From NCBI GenBank assembly GCA_047495785.1, contig JBLDXI010000019.1, positions 3,534,001 through 3,598,000 on the forward strand: DNA of 64,000 bases, read 5' to 3'. How positions within the stretch are numbered: position 1 is the stretch's first letter; each line of letters starts with the position of its first letter. Positions 12,153 through 25,090 of this stretch are shown piece by piece. The position numbers and the translations under genes are program-made. This stretch comes from Lepidodermella squamata (Eukaryota > Animalia > Gastrotricha). The notes under the pieces are model-generated. The model was not told the origin of the DNA and did no database searches. It was given only the letters and a program-made list of their open reading frames with translations.

Positions 12153-15100
12153 TTAATTTTATTCATTACCCGAAAGATGCTCGAAAAATATTTGGTCGCA
12201 GCTGTTATCGTCCTGCTTCAAGGAAAGGCAGCCTGGTCCCAGGCGACCATGTGCTCCGGGGCGGTTTACCAACCGCAGTACTCTTCGACGAATTGGACGG
12301 CTGACAGCAAAACCTACGAAGTGTATCCCGAGCCCAAAAGTCTTAACGACAGGCTGCCTTTAAACGGCGACCAGACAGTCAATGTGGCCTGCCTGAATGT
12401 GAGTTCCAGTTTTATCAGCATTTAGTTAGAGCTTTGAGCGAAATTTCGTTAAAATTCAAAGGCTTTTCCTATTCTTTAATAAAAATATGTTTCGTGCATT
12501 AGCCATTCACCATAGACGACTTCTACGCTGAGATAACAGTGCAGATGGGAGCTTATTCAACTAGCGCGCCTCATCCCGGTTTCCAGATTCATTTTACGAG
12601 CTACTATTACCACTCCTAACTATGGAACAGGGGGCTATTATGACATGGGTCAGTTCACGCAAATGAGGGGCTTAAATTTGACGCTGTAATCCATAGGTTT
12701 GAGAATAATAATATCACCTAAGTACAACGCGGTTGTTGGAGGTTGGTTCGCGGTTCCTGATGCGACTAAATGGTTCAGCCAGGGGGAAGATTCGCCTTGC
12801 GGACAATTCGATTGGTGTTGGCAAGCCACTTCATCTGAGATGAGTTCTTATCTGAGTGGAAATAAGGTTACTTGGAAGCTTCGAGTGAGCCAGAGCAGCC
12901 TGACGCTCACGGCTTGTTTATTCAATACAAGTAACTGCATGAAAACACTTGAAAAAGTGGCACTGCCCACGTCATATCAGGCAACGTTCGGCACCTTGGA
13001 TACATTCCTGGCGGTTGCAGCCTATACGAATAAGTCCATCGACCTTTTTTCGATTTCCGTATGGGACTGCACCTCGGCTGCAACATCCACGCCACCCCCA
13101 CAGGTGAGTCCAGAATCTCCAGATGCATCATTTTGTTCTCAATCCTAAATCTTGATAATTGTTGAATTTTGTTTTTTATATTATACAGCAGCTTCTACCG
13201 AGGGGTTTAATGTGCTCGACGGGCGCTTATCAACCGCAGTTCGCTTTCCAGAGCTTGAGTGATGTCGCGTGTCGCGAACAACTGGGTTCGTCTTTCGGAG
13301 AAGTTCAGCACTTCATTTGATGGCAGTAGCATGAACGATAATTTTCTCTACGATCCATTTTCAATCGCTAGGTCAGGCTCGGGATACGGAATACTGAATT
13401 CGACTTCGGTAATTTGAAAATATTTGTTTTCTATAATTTCAACGCCTTTCAACGCCTTTCAGAAATTCAACTTCACCGATTTCTTTCTGGAAGCTGAAGT
13501 TGAAGTCACCAATGAGGTGCTGTTCAACATCTCGATATTGAAAAATTCGGAAAGTGCTTCCCCGATCGGTAACTTGGGCTTGGAATCTAATTTTACCTAT
13601 AAATGTTGGCTACTGCTTATCCCTACAGGGTTTAAAATATCTGTACCGCTCGAGGTTCAGGCCTCTTACGATAAGGAAATATCTTTTGCTGCCAATTTCT
13701 TGAGCAACGCTGCTGATGTAGCTAAAACGAAAGATTGCAACGCTTCAGATGCCTGTTACCGACCGAACGAGCGTTTCGTTCAATCGTTTTTGCGCAAAAA
13801 ATCAACATGGCAACTGCGCATCAAAGGCAATAGCCTGGCGTTGGGCGTATGCCGAACTAGTACCAACTCTTGCGCCTTGTTTTTCAACACGACCATTAAC
13901 CACGGCATGGACTTCTCGCGCATGAATCTATCGCTTTTGCTGTCCTCTGATGATAAATCTGGAGGATATTCTAATGTTCGAATAGCTTCGATCGGCATTT
14001 GGGACTGCTCCAAAACCGCCATCGCAGTGGCTACTAGCCTTTCGAAAAATGCGCCTCTGAAATGTTCTAACGCAGCCTTTCAGAAGCAGTATTCTATTAC
14101 TGAAATTCCAATAACAGAAGATAATTGGGCATACTCCGACCCAAACTTCTTCAAGTCAAGCAATTATTTCTCTTACCTGCCATTCGGTAACAATCGGATC
14201 GTTAGTAAACAAGTAAGCTATCTACGGAAAAACGTTTCCGAGGACAAGTAATTTTATGAACTACACTCTCATTTTGAACCTCTGAAAATTTTGGGAGAAG
14301 GAAATGAACAAAAACCACGTTAATTTCAAGTAGTCAATTTCAATGACACTTCAAATTGATGTGACGTAGATAGAACGCCGCACTAAAAGAGCCTTTCGGA
14401 CACCAAAAACTGAAGCCAGACTAATAAGGGGCTAAGCTCAACGTTTATGAATCTAATCTAACATCGAATGAGATTAATCATACTGAGCACCGAACCAATA
14501 GATGTAGGTATCGATTCGTAGGCCATTTTTGAATCGGTGTAATTAAACAATATTTTAGCAAGATAGTCATTTTATTTCATTAAGATGTTTTACCGTTCGG
14601 GGCTATACGCAGGATTCGCTGAAAAGTTCGTTCAATTAGTAGATTGAGGCTTACTAAAAAACTATGAAGTCAAAGTCGACAAATTTTTGCAGGGAACTAC
14701 CTCGATAGATGACACTTATTCTATCGAAAGTATGAGTTCAAAGAGTAAACGGTTCTGAAGCTACAGCTACAGGCTCACCTTTCAGGTGTATGCTTATCCC
14801 CCCCCCCCCTCCCCTCCCCAACTTTTCTCGCTTCGGTTTCAAGTCAAAATGACCTTTTGGCAAAAACAGCACACATTTTTTCCATCCCTGGCAGCTTCGG
14901 GATCGAAGATCGCACACTAAACTTGTGATAAGGCTCATCGGGTGACAGGCTGATAATGCATTTGGCAATGAAAATTAAAAATTACTTTTTCGACTGCGAA
15001 TTAGGGAGAAACTATATATAATTAAAAGTCATCTATTTGCGTGGCTTACGTTTTTTGCATAATAACGGAGGTTACATTTTTGCTGAAAAAAATTGAGGCG

Positions 15101-15257
15101 AAGAAGCTAAAAAATGAACCCTTTTGGAATCGAACTGCTAACCTTTTAATGATATCGCCATAAAGAACTATGACAAAAAACCACTCGGCCAAACTTCCTT
15201 GCTCATTTACTAATATTAAGAAGTCTTTATATGTGTAAATAAAAGCCCCACACCTGT

Positions 15258-15296
15258 CCGTATTCCGAATAGCTATAATAGCTATTCGGAATACGG
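15258..15296. repeat. Perfect 19-bp-arm palindrome (1-nt loop)
   Basis: CCGTATTCCGAATAGCTAT-A-ATAGCTATTCGGAATACGG. Confidence 0.95.
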
Positions 15297-17385
15297 GTGC
15301 CATTCGAATCAGAACCCTTTTAAACGTGTAAAAAAGCCTGACGATGGCCACTTTGTGGCCGAAACGTCGTACGAATATGACAGCACACCGACAGGACCAT
15401 TTTTTGACCCGGCGGCCCGTTTTGAATATCGCGCGGTAACCAATGTAAACAATTTTTATTAAATCAAAAAGTTCAATCAACATTAAATTTAAATTTTATT
15501 TTGAATAGAAATTTAATTTGCGTTAAAAAAACATCGGAAAAAGAGCGCGAAATTTGAATTGTTCGTCGCTTTCCGTTGTCACTTTTCCAAAGGGGACGTG
15601 GGAATAAGAAAAATTGCAGAGAAATCTTTATTTTTATTCAAAACGGATATTATTTTTGTTCTATATGCATGCAAAGTTTGGTAAACAACAAAGATTTGGT
15701 TTTGGTTTTGGCTTTGGTTTTGAGAAGCACTTCCTTTAACAATGCAGATCAAAATTTTCAGCTTGAGTGTTCACTCTTTTCATTTTTCTCCTTGGTCAAT
15801 TCACCGTGTCATTTGTCATTTCACAGGTTCTCACGCTTAACGATTTTTACACTGAGATCACTGTGACATTTTCGCAGTACGATGACAAATCAAATCCGCA
15901 CGCAGGAATCGGAATATTTTTAGCAACAAAGTCTTCAGGATCTTCCGACTTCGATGGTTCACTTCAAATCGGTAACCCCCTTTGGCATTCCCTATTTGAT
16001 TTGAACTTGTGACATTTCGCGCAGGAATGAGCTTGCTGATCTCACCTGCGAAGAAAAGCGTATTCGGTGGTTGGTTCGGCCCTGACACAAACAAAGAAAA
16101 ATGGGACAGTCGTTCGAATGGATCATGCGGATCTTTTGAATGGTGCTGGCGAGCTTCGCCAGAGTTGGTGAACATTTACTTGAACGGGCGGACGGTTACA
16201 TGGAAACTGCGCGTGACAACAACAAATCTCACCCTGGATGGTTGCGTTCAGGGCTCAAACGATTGCTTCCGGACTCTTGATGGCGTAGCGCTGCCGGCAC
16301 CTTTCCAGTCGATGTTCGGCAACGTTGAGACTTATTTCATATTGTTGACAAATCCATTCACCCTATCCGGCGTGGATTATAGAACTGCTTACGGTGAAAC
16401 GATGAGATCCAGATTGTATTCTGTTCTTGTCTGGAACTGCGCTACAGAGGCAATGGAGACAAAACCATCCTTGGTGAGCTAATCATTTATGATGCATGCT
16501 TCCAACAAGTTTAGTCTACTCTCAACCATGCGATTAGATTAGTGCTGAAGTGATTACCGTAGTTACCGAAATACTAACCCGGGCTTATACAAAAATGATA
16601 CCTCGAAAAATGGGGAAAAGTAGGCTTCTATTCAAGACTAGGCTTCTATTTGAGATAGGCTTATGCAACGGAGACCTGACTTTACTTTCTGTCTTTCAAT
16701 CTCAAAACGCATCAATTTTTTTATTATTAGTTATTAGCTAGGTCGTCTAATAGCGGAAAATTAGGAATAATAAGGAATGCTTCAACTAAAATCATCGTAA
16801 ATCGCAGATTATTACATATCTTCACGAATTTTTCGTTTTTAAATACCGTTCAGCGCAGCAGAGCACACGCGCCGTAGTAGCCTAGGCTACTATTCGAGAT
16901 AGGACTATGCATCGTCGAATTTCCATTTACCTAGGCTTTTAATCGAGACAGGCTTCTAAACGAGTGGGGGCTTATATTTCGCCCTAGGGATCAAATCTTG
17001 GCAAGATCTTAGCTGAACTTGCCAAGATCCATCAAAGATCCGTGCACGATCTTGCACAGATTTGCAAAGATTTTGGTTCAAAGATCTTAGCAGATAATTA
17101 TTCAAGATCTTTATTGTTATTGAAAGATCTTCCAAAGATGACACTAAGAACTGCTCAGATTTGAAGAATCTTTCATGTTATTAAAGAATTCTTGTTCTCA
17201 TCTTTCCAAATCTTGGCCCGAAATTTTTACTGGCGCCCACGGAACCGCACCCGAATGTACGCACCCAGGTATAAAACACGACTAGAATTTCAGAGTTGTC
17301 AATTTTATTCAGGAAAAAATCGATTTTCGGTATAAAAAAAACCCGATATAAAACACGTGTTCCGCCAAGCACGACATTAATATTT

Positions 17386-17875
17386 TCATAACAAATTCTG
17401 GTTGTCTCGAAAAGCGGCCGCAACAAAGCCAGCAGCCGGTTCAGCGGCGTCGATAACAGCTGCTGCATCAGCGCGCGTTGCACGGCGGCGGCGGCGGCGC
17501 AGGTCGTTGCCCCACTGGTTCACCGCAACACGGGCGCGGTCAAATCGCTGAATTTCGTCGCCGAAAAGCAAACGAAAAGTATCTGTTAAAAAAGATGAGC
17601 TCAGTAAAAGACGACAAAAATGTGCAACAAAACGTACTTCGAAAAAATTCGAGCTCTTCGTGAGCATTTGAGTCGTCTATTGCCGTGCGGTTTGATTTAT
17701 CAGGCCTGGTTGGCTCGACAATGCTGTTCGCCAAGCGGTCGTCGCCAAAGACTCCGCGACAAGTGAAGATGGCCCATTTATTCGATCCTAGGGTGCGAGC
17801 CCGGCAGTTGGCGTAGTCTACGCCGCTAAAAATTGCCGGTTGACGACGGCCGGTTGATGTTAGCATATTATCTAG
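17386..17875 (-). CDS. BEN-domain-like protein, last two exons, inside element A (5' part unresolved)
   Basis: Splicing across a ~55-bp GT-AG intron near 17583-17637 gives KWAIFTCRGVFGDDRLANSIVEPTRPDKSNRTAIDD..ELEFFRNTFRLLFGDEIQRFDRARVAVNQWGNDLRRR. This resembles the BEN pattern (lF..e.L...s.....R..ld ... R..iNq...d.rr). Confidence 0.6.
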
Positions 17876-18754
17876 AAAGCAGGAAAGTTTTAATTATAAC
17901 CGGCGAATAAAAGCGTTGTTCAATGTCGATAATAATTGGAAAATCGAAACAAATTAAATTTAATAACAATTTAATTTAAATTAAATAAATAAATTTAATT
18001 TAATTAATTTAATTAATTAAATAAATAAATTTAATAATTACTCACCTCTTTTAAAAGCCTACAATAACCAGCCGACGATGTCGTGTTGTTGATAGTCGGA
18101 AATAGGCGGAGACGACGACGGGCGATGAGTGGCGGTAGTTTTCACTATAGTGTACAACAAGTTTATATTGAGGAGTACTGAATCGAGAGCAAATGATAAA
18201 TTTACCTGCGACAACTGTGTTTATAAACATATTTCTGGCCATTATAATTGACAATGAGCTATCCCTCAGGGTGTCCCAAGTGCTCCGATGACACGCCAAG
18301 ATAATAGCTGTCACGCCGCAACGCCCTTGTTGCCGCGGTCGGAGTTGCGGTTGAAGGGAGCTACACGATCAACCAGCGGCCGCTCGTGGCTGCACGTAAA
18401 TCTCACCCGCGCACGCGATAATTTGCGCACCTGGATGATAAGCAAATAATAAATAATAATAACGACCTAGTTGTAAAAAACCAACAAACAATCAATAGCA
18501 ATAAACAGTCAAGATGAAAATCCAGTATTTTGAGGCCAAGGCACAAGTTTTGATAACTCTGAACAACTCTGAATAAAGTTATGAGCGATAATAATGTATA
18601 GGTACTACGTATATACTATATGTGTAAGTACTAGTGCGCGTGTGCCAGTTTCCAACGCGCGCTCGTCACCGTCTACTGCTCAGCTTCGTAATAATGCGCT
18701 CGAAGCAAGCGCACAATGGAGCCTTAGGTTACGACAGCGAGGCGCTATTATTAT

Positions 18755-21350
18755 CAGGGTAGGAAAACATGTTTTCTGACCCACGATCGCGCAAAATCTG
18801 CCCACCAAACACCATATGCTGTTATTTGTTTAAAGAGTGACATGAGTCACTTGTTTCTCGTTGGCATAAATACAAGGTATTTTATTTAGACTATTACGAG
18901 GGTGCCAGCTAAAATTTGCTTTTGTTGAAAAGTGTTGCTGTTTTGATTTAATTTAATTTTGTTATAGAAAATTTGTCGAGGAAATTAATTTATTTTAATA
19001 TTTATTTATATAGTTCACCAGCATTTTGATTTACTTGTTGCTAATAAAATGAATCGAGTTGCGCCAAACCAGGAAAAAGTTCCTTGTAAAGACTGTGGAA
19101 AACCGATGATGCGGAAGCACATTGATCGCCATCGTCAGGCAGTTCATCCGGAAGAATGGCAGAAAGAGCAGGCCAAGCAAACCAAGCTATCGTTCGCTAG
19201 TAGTGCAAGCTCTGCTCAAAAATTACAAGCAAGTAGTACAAGCTCAGCTCAGCTCATGGCCACTTCATCTACGCTGCCTTCTTTAGCGTCGGCTAGTTCA
19301 AGTTCAGCTCTAACAACTAATTCTGTGACCACGTCTTCTACGCTACCGTCTTTGGCATCCGTGAGTGACACTGGATCGTCGGTTTCCACCAACGAAAACC
19401 CTGTTGATGTAGCAACTGCAGCTGATGACGACGACGTTTTCAACTGTGATGTTATGCTTCCATCTAGTCGCATGTCGATGGCCGGACCACATTCGGCGGT
19501 ATCTCGAAGCTCGAGTGTCGAACCGACTGATCGGCAATCCAATCTTAGTCGTAATTCAGCGAATGAAGATACGATAACCAATTCAAAGGCCAATGAGTTG
19601 TTGCAGGAGATTCGCGTTCTCCAACAAAGCCTTCGAAATGTTAGTGTTTCTTCCGGACAAAGTGCCACTAAACAATCGTCAACCGGAGCCAGAGTGGTAC
19701 CTCTACCAAGTGTCGATGTGACTGAAGAGGCTGAACGGCAGGCGCTCCGAACACTTATCATATCAGCAAAAGGAATTTCTCGAATTCTCACTCTTTCGCC
19801 TTGTTTTTCAATAGTCGAAGAGTTTGGCGATGTACTGGTCCGTTGCGAGTCGTGTACGAAGAATGGAACAGAGAAAGGCAAAACTGGACGATTCCGGTTC
19901 AAATTTGAACTTGGATCAGAATTTGCGAAAACCACTCAGCCAATCGAATTTCGCAATTTGAAAGTACGCCTTTAACTTGATATTTCTCTCTTAGCCAGCA
20001 TTTTAAAAATCCGATTTATAGCGAAACATGGCGGAACATTTGGAGTGCGAGAAACATTTGGTAGCTGAAGAAAACGCTGAAAAAATTGAAGAAAAAGTCG
20101 CTGCAAACAACAGATCTGTGAAGAGAATTGGTGAGTTCTAATAGCTAATGTAAGCTGTAAGCGTAATCAATCTAATAACAATATTCTAGCGCTACTACTA
20201 GCGCGTATTGTGTTCAACAATGCTCGTGAAGCGATTTCCTATTCTAAATTCGAGCGGCAAGTAGCAGCACTTGCAGTTATTGAAGGCAGTAGATATTGGC
20301 AATGTCGGCAGTAGATATTGAAGATTGCGCTGATCAATTTCCATCGTTCCACTCCGCGTACAAGGAGTTGCAAGAAAATGGTAAGTGTGAAATTGGGCAG
20401 TTTTGGGAGGATCTAATCTTCCTTATTATTAGGGGGCAAGTATAAAACTCGCAAATTGGACCAATGCGGTGGGCAGATTGTCGTCACTCGATCGGCTAAA
20501 TCAACCGGACCTACTGACCTATTGTCTACTGCCAAATCATGTCTCGAGCAAGGAAAGCGTCTATGCACGACTATAACGCAGCGACTTGTGGAACGTTTTC
20601 CGCCTCAGCAGAATCTGAGCAGCAAGGCTGCATTGGTGTTTAATGTGGAACTGATAAAGGCTGGGGCTCCAGAGCAGATATCCGTCCTCTCTGAAATCAT
20701 CGACGAGGCCGAGGAAGGTGGGCAGCTGCTCAATCGAGATTCGATAATCAGTCAATACCGCATTTGGAGCAAGCGGGTTAAATCGCTTCCCTTAAATGGG
20801 CAAAAACACTGCGAGGTGTTGTATCAATTTATGAATACCGCTTCATTGCATGAAGGGCTCCAAGACTTCATGTCTTTTTATTTAAAATGTGCCCTCAAGA
20901 GCCACTGCGAGTCCGTGGTGGAGTCGATGGGGTCCGTCTTGGACCGTCATGCTAGCCACGATCGCCCGGCGGACGATGCGGTCGTGTCAAAAGAGACCTT
21001 CATCCACTGGAATGGACCAAATCCTGCCAACCCGAATTCTTCAAAATTTTTGATTACCGCGTTAAATAATTACTTTAAGGGAAGGGAGTGGAATTTCAAG
21101 CGGCGCAGCGATCGGGCGGTCAAGTTTGCAACAGGGAAGGTTGTCGATCGCATCGCCAGCGCCAAAGGGCGCATCGAATTTTAATCTTTTACATTTCGAT
21201 TTTCTTCCTCCAAATAAATTGAAGTTCATAGTTACGCAATGACTTTTTAAATAATGAGCAAAAAGCCGAGCTGCCCACGAAAAGGGGGTTTCAGCCCTGT
21301 AAACTGCCCACGATCATAGATCGCACGATCGGACACTTTTTCCTGCCCTG
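18755..21350 (+). mobile_element. hAT-type DNA transposon, internally deleted (2596 bp), nested in element A
   Basis: TIR CAGGGTAGGAAAA / TTTTCCTGCCCTG. Perfect 8-bp TSD ATTATTAT (18747-54, 21351-58). Subterminal CCCACGA motifs at both ends. Confidence 0.9.
19049..21184 (+). pseudogene. Defective hAT-type transposase (N-terminal C2H2 finger and C-terminal dimerisation-like region, catalytic core missing)
   Basis: CKDCGKPMMRKHIDRHRQAVH finger and short introns. C-terminal SHCESVVESMGS...FIHWNGP resembles the hATC 'SxxxxERxFS' region. Too short for a full enzyme, with a break near 20285-20325. Confidence 0.7.
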
Positions 21351-24300
21351 ATTATTATATTATGATTATTATTGCTATACATTCTCGAAGTCCGCTATTT
21401 TTTAATTCAGCGTGTCCCATGGTTTATTTGTGACTGAGAGTTGTAGAAACAAGGTGGTTTAATATATACGACAAATAAATTCGAAGTTAATATTTGATTG
21501 CCTGCCGATAATTTTCTAAAATTGACCGCACGCGAGAGAGCCAGGTCTACTCAGTTTTACTCAGTGTTCGCGCGCGCAAGAGTCGAACATTTTATGAAAT
21601 TCCGGGCCACATGTGCTGATGATAAAGGGCCAACTAATAATTCGGCGATATTTAGATCATAATAAAATTCAGAAAACCATCGATCGTGATTATAGGTGAA
21701 CGGCTGGAGAATATAATAAATAAGAAATGCGGAAACAAACACACAATTGAAACTTGCGAGTGAGCGTAAAAAAATTCCCATTGGCGTTTTCGCGCGATAA
21801 ACCAGTATTCAATCGGTAGAGAATTGTCTGAATATTATTTTGGTATAAAAACCGCTGGATTATTCGAATGTAGTCCTTTGAGATCAACGCGCGCGGCCCA
21901 AAATATATCAAAAAGGCGAATTAATATTTGCGCAATATTTGGAACTTCAATCTTTGCTGCGATTTTTCCGCTTATTGGCGGGCAAAATAATTTTCCATCA
22001 TTTATTGCAGAAATTTGCAATGAATCAAACGAGACTGAACGCGACTCGCTGGTTATCATGGTTTTTAAGTTATTTTCGGTGCGGAACGGCCATAAAAATC
22101 AGACGATATCCGCATTTTCACTCGAAAATTTCGAAATTTGAACGTTTTGTGAATTTTTTTCTTGGTAAGCTGAAAATTCATGACGGAATTGATTGTCAAT
22201 TTCTAGTGCAAAATTTCACGGCCTTTCCGGCGGTGAAAGCGGCGAGTCTCTATCTATCACCGTTTGTTGCTTATAAGCCGCGCGGTATAATGTGAGATAA
22301 AAATTAATCCGATAAATTGTGAACAGTTTTTACGAAATTAATACCGCGCGCGATGATGTTAGAGGCTTACTTTCGAATATCGTGTCGGTTTTAATACCAA
22401 AAAATAATTCAGGCAATTTTCTATCGTTTGGATATGGTGTTCTCGCGTGAAAAAATTGAGGGAAATTTTTTCACGCGCACCCTAAATATTCCACACCGAT
22501 TGAAAGTGCGCGCACTTGCTTCTCGAAATCGAAGATACAGGTAAAACATTTATCCCTCAATTATTTCACGCGAGAAACTATATCTATTCGATAGAGAATC
22601 AACTGTATTATTTTTTGGTATAAAAACCGCCTGAATTATAACAAGTAGCCCTTTGACTTAGCGCTCGCGCACAAGTCCACTTTGCTCTCTGATTAGGCAG
22701 CCGACGCTTGGGGCCTGCTCGAATATTTAAGGGGGCGCGGAATTTAGCTGAAAATAGCATTGCAGCATAGATTCCAAGTGAATGCACTCAGTGCCCTAAT
22801 TATTCAATTTCGGGAATGATCAGCAAAGATCAGCAAAGATAGTTATAAAAAAATCATAAAAAATCCTTCCAAGTTCTTGCTAAGATCAGCAAAGATCCTT
22901 TTTAAGTAATCACTGAAAAGTCTTTCCAAGATCTTGCAAAGATTTATAAAGATCTTGAATCTTGGGAGATCTTAGCAGAACTTAGCAGATTAACCATGGC
23001 ATTAATCACTAGGGCGGTAACTACCCTAGTAATAGAAATTGGTCCTTTTAAGAGAGGTAAAAGATCTTTGAAAGCACGTGGCAAATGATCTTACAACGTG
23101 GGTGATAGCACTTGAACAGTTGTTGCAACGACCGTGCAACGTGCCTTTGTGGGAAATCTTCGCAAGTCGGCGTGAAATCTTGGCTGCGGATTGCAGCCAG
23201 GAGTGAAGCGGGACTTATTGGGGTCTTACGCAAGTCTTGGATTGGAGGCCTGGAATGTTCTTGCTAATTTCGACGAGGTATTTGGCAGGATCCTGCAAAG
23301 ATGTTGAAAAATCCGGGAAAAATTTTTTGCCGGCCCAGGTGCGCCAGGTATGGAGCGAACGCTTGCATCCTGGATACCGCTGCCGTAGTGTTGCTGCTCA
23401 CGTTCTGCCCACTCATCGTGCTTGAGCTCACCTTTACAGGTGGTGTACATATACTAACAGCTCAAGTTCGATATAGGTAGAAGGTAAGCAATAGCACCAT
23501 GGCAGAGGTAGAAGGGGTGAATAGCATTCGTCCTATACCTGGTACCTCTGGGCCGGCAGGGAATGATAATTGCGATGTGAAACACGGAATATGAAGACGA
23601 GTGATTGAAAACGTTTTACTTTTATCACTTATCATTTTTAATCATTTAACAGAAGTTAGGACATTGAAAAGTATGCACAAATATATTCATATTTCACTGA
23701 AGAGCGAACGAGAGAAAGCGATATTTAGATAGGAATATAAAATATATTGAGGATGAATATAGGAAGCATATATATTGGATGAAACAGCTAGAAGCCGCTC
23801 GTCTCGGATCGTAACATATATAATATTATATCATAACAACAGCAGATCGGGAATAGTTAGTTTATTTATTTATTTATTTATTACGAGCATGTGTCCCAAA
23901 GTTGAGAGCTGAGCAACAAAAGATGTCATACCGCATACAAAAGTAACAAAAAATCAGGTCCAATCAGTCCATTTCAAAGTCCGCAGGTACATGAGTATAA
24001 AAATGTTATGTTTTTTTAGTTAACAAGTGTTTATATACAAGTTGTCGGCAGATAATTAGTTTGTTAGTAATTAACGATGCTCAATTAATGTTAATTTTTG
24101 TTAGCGACTTGTTAGTTTACTGAAGAAATTAGTGTTATATAGTTGACGTTAGTTTATGGAAATTAAATTAAGGCAAATTAAGGCAGAAATTAAGACGAAA
24201 ACGAGGTAGAATTGTTGACGAGAAATAAGTAATATTAGTTATCGCTCGTGGTTGATACTTACCGGAAGAAGCAAATCGAAGGAAGCAAACAGCAGAGCAA

Positions 24301-24489
24301 AAAAACAGGGAAACAATATTTAAAGATTAACATTGGTAAAAAAAAGCTTGATCATACCTGATTTTCAGTCGCAGCCGCACCCTTTCGTCACTTTATACCT
24401 ACCATTCGGCCAACTTATTTCCCGCATAGATCACATCTTGCGATAGTTGAGTCTGCAAATCCAGCCGAGCCGAGCCGAGATGCCAACTG

Positions 24490-25090
24490 AGAAGCAGGCG
24501 GACAAATTGCTAGTTATCGCTGCGCTCATCCTCACAAGTATCCTAGGACCAGCCAGGCGTGGACGAGCATTCGAGACCATGTAAATTCACCGCAAGTTTT
24601 TCACTCATCCTTTTCGAAGCACTTCGCAGAGGTAGGCGAAGTTCAAGTGCCAGCAGAGATTAAAAGCGAAAGCAGCCGGGCGTAAGAGCGCCTAAAAAAC
24701 TGAAATAATAGTTTATATACAATGACGAAAGCAGTGCCGCGAAGTTTCAACTTACGATGCATAGAGATGAGGCTGAGAAGCAACAAATTTCCACGGGCCC
24801 GCAATTAATCACCAATCAATGCTTCGATTGAAAACGAACGAGACAGCTTTCGAGTTGCGCCTTGGTGAAGTCAACAGGCATCATATCGCCGATAACGATA
24901 ACGGCACGAAGCGTATATTTTGCATTTGTCAATAGTGACGGGCAACAAAGGCCGAAGAATCGATTGGTTCGCGGCTGTTAGTGTAAAGACGCAATTTGAC
25001 CCGTAGTTGCGTCGACGTCGCCAACACGGAGACACCAGCTGATGATAGTGGTGATTTTCCAACATCTGGCGGACTTGACCGCGCGTACCT
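24490..25090 (-). pseudogene. Degenerate fragment of a paralogous CMC transposase (3' exons)
   Basis: GTRGQVRQMLENHHYHQL...KCKIYASCRYRYRRYD matches exon 4 of the intact transposase. 24490-24780 is paralogous to 27355-27650. Confidence 0.75.

Larger units (their letters stand above)
16982..23014 (-). mobile_element. CMC/EnSpm-type non-autonomous element A (6033 bp)
   Basis: Termini CCCTAGGGATCAA / TTAATCACTAGGG (11/13 inverted match). 2-bp TSD CG (16980-81, 23015-16). Dense AAGATC(TT) subterminal repeats at 16990-17220 and 22820-23000. Same terminal hexamer as transposase-bearing element B. Confidence 0.85.

Noticed and set aside
21770-22670. Further nested element in A (three related GGTATAAAAACCG blocks, one inverted)
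   Set aside because: The internal repeats are real, but no termini or TSD could be defined.
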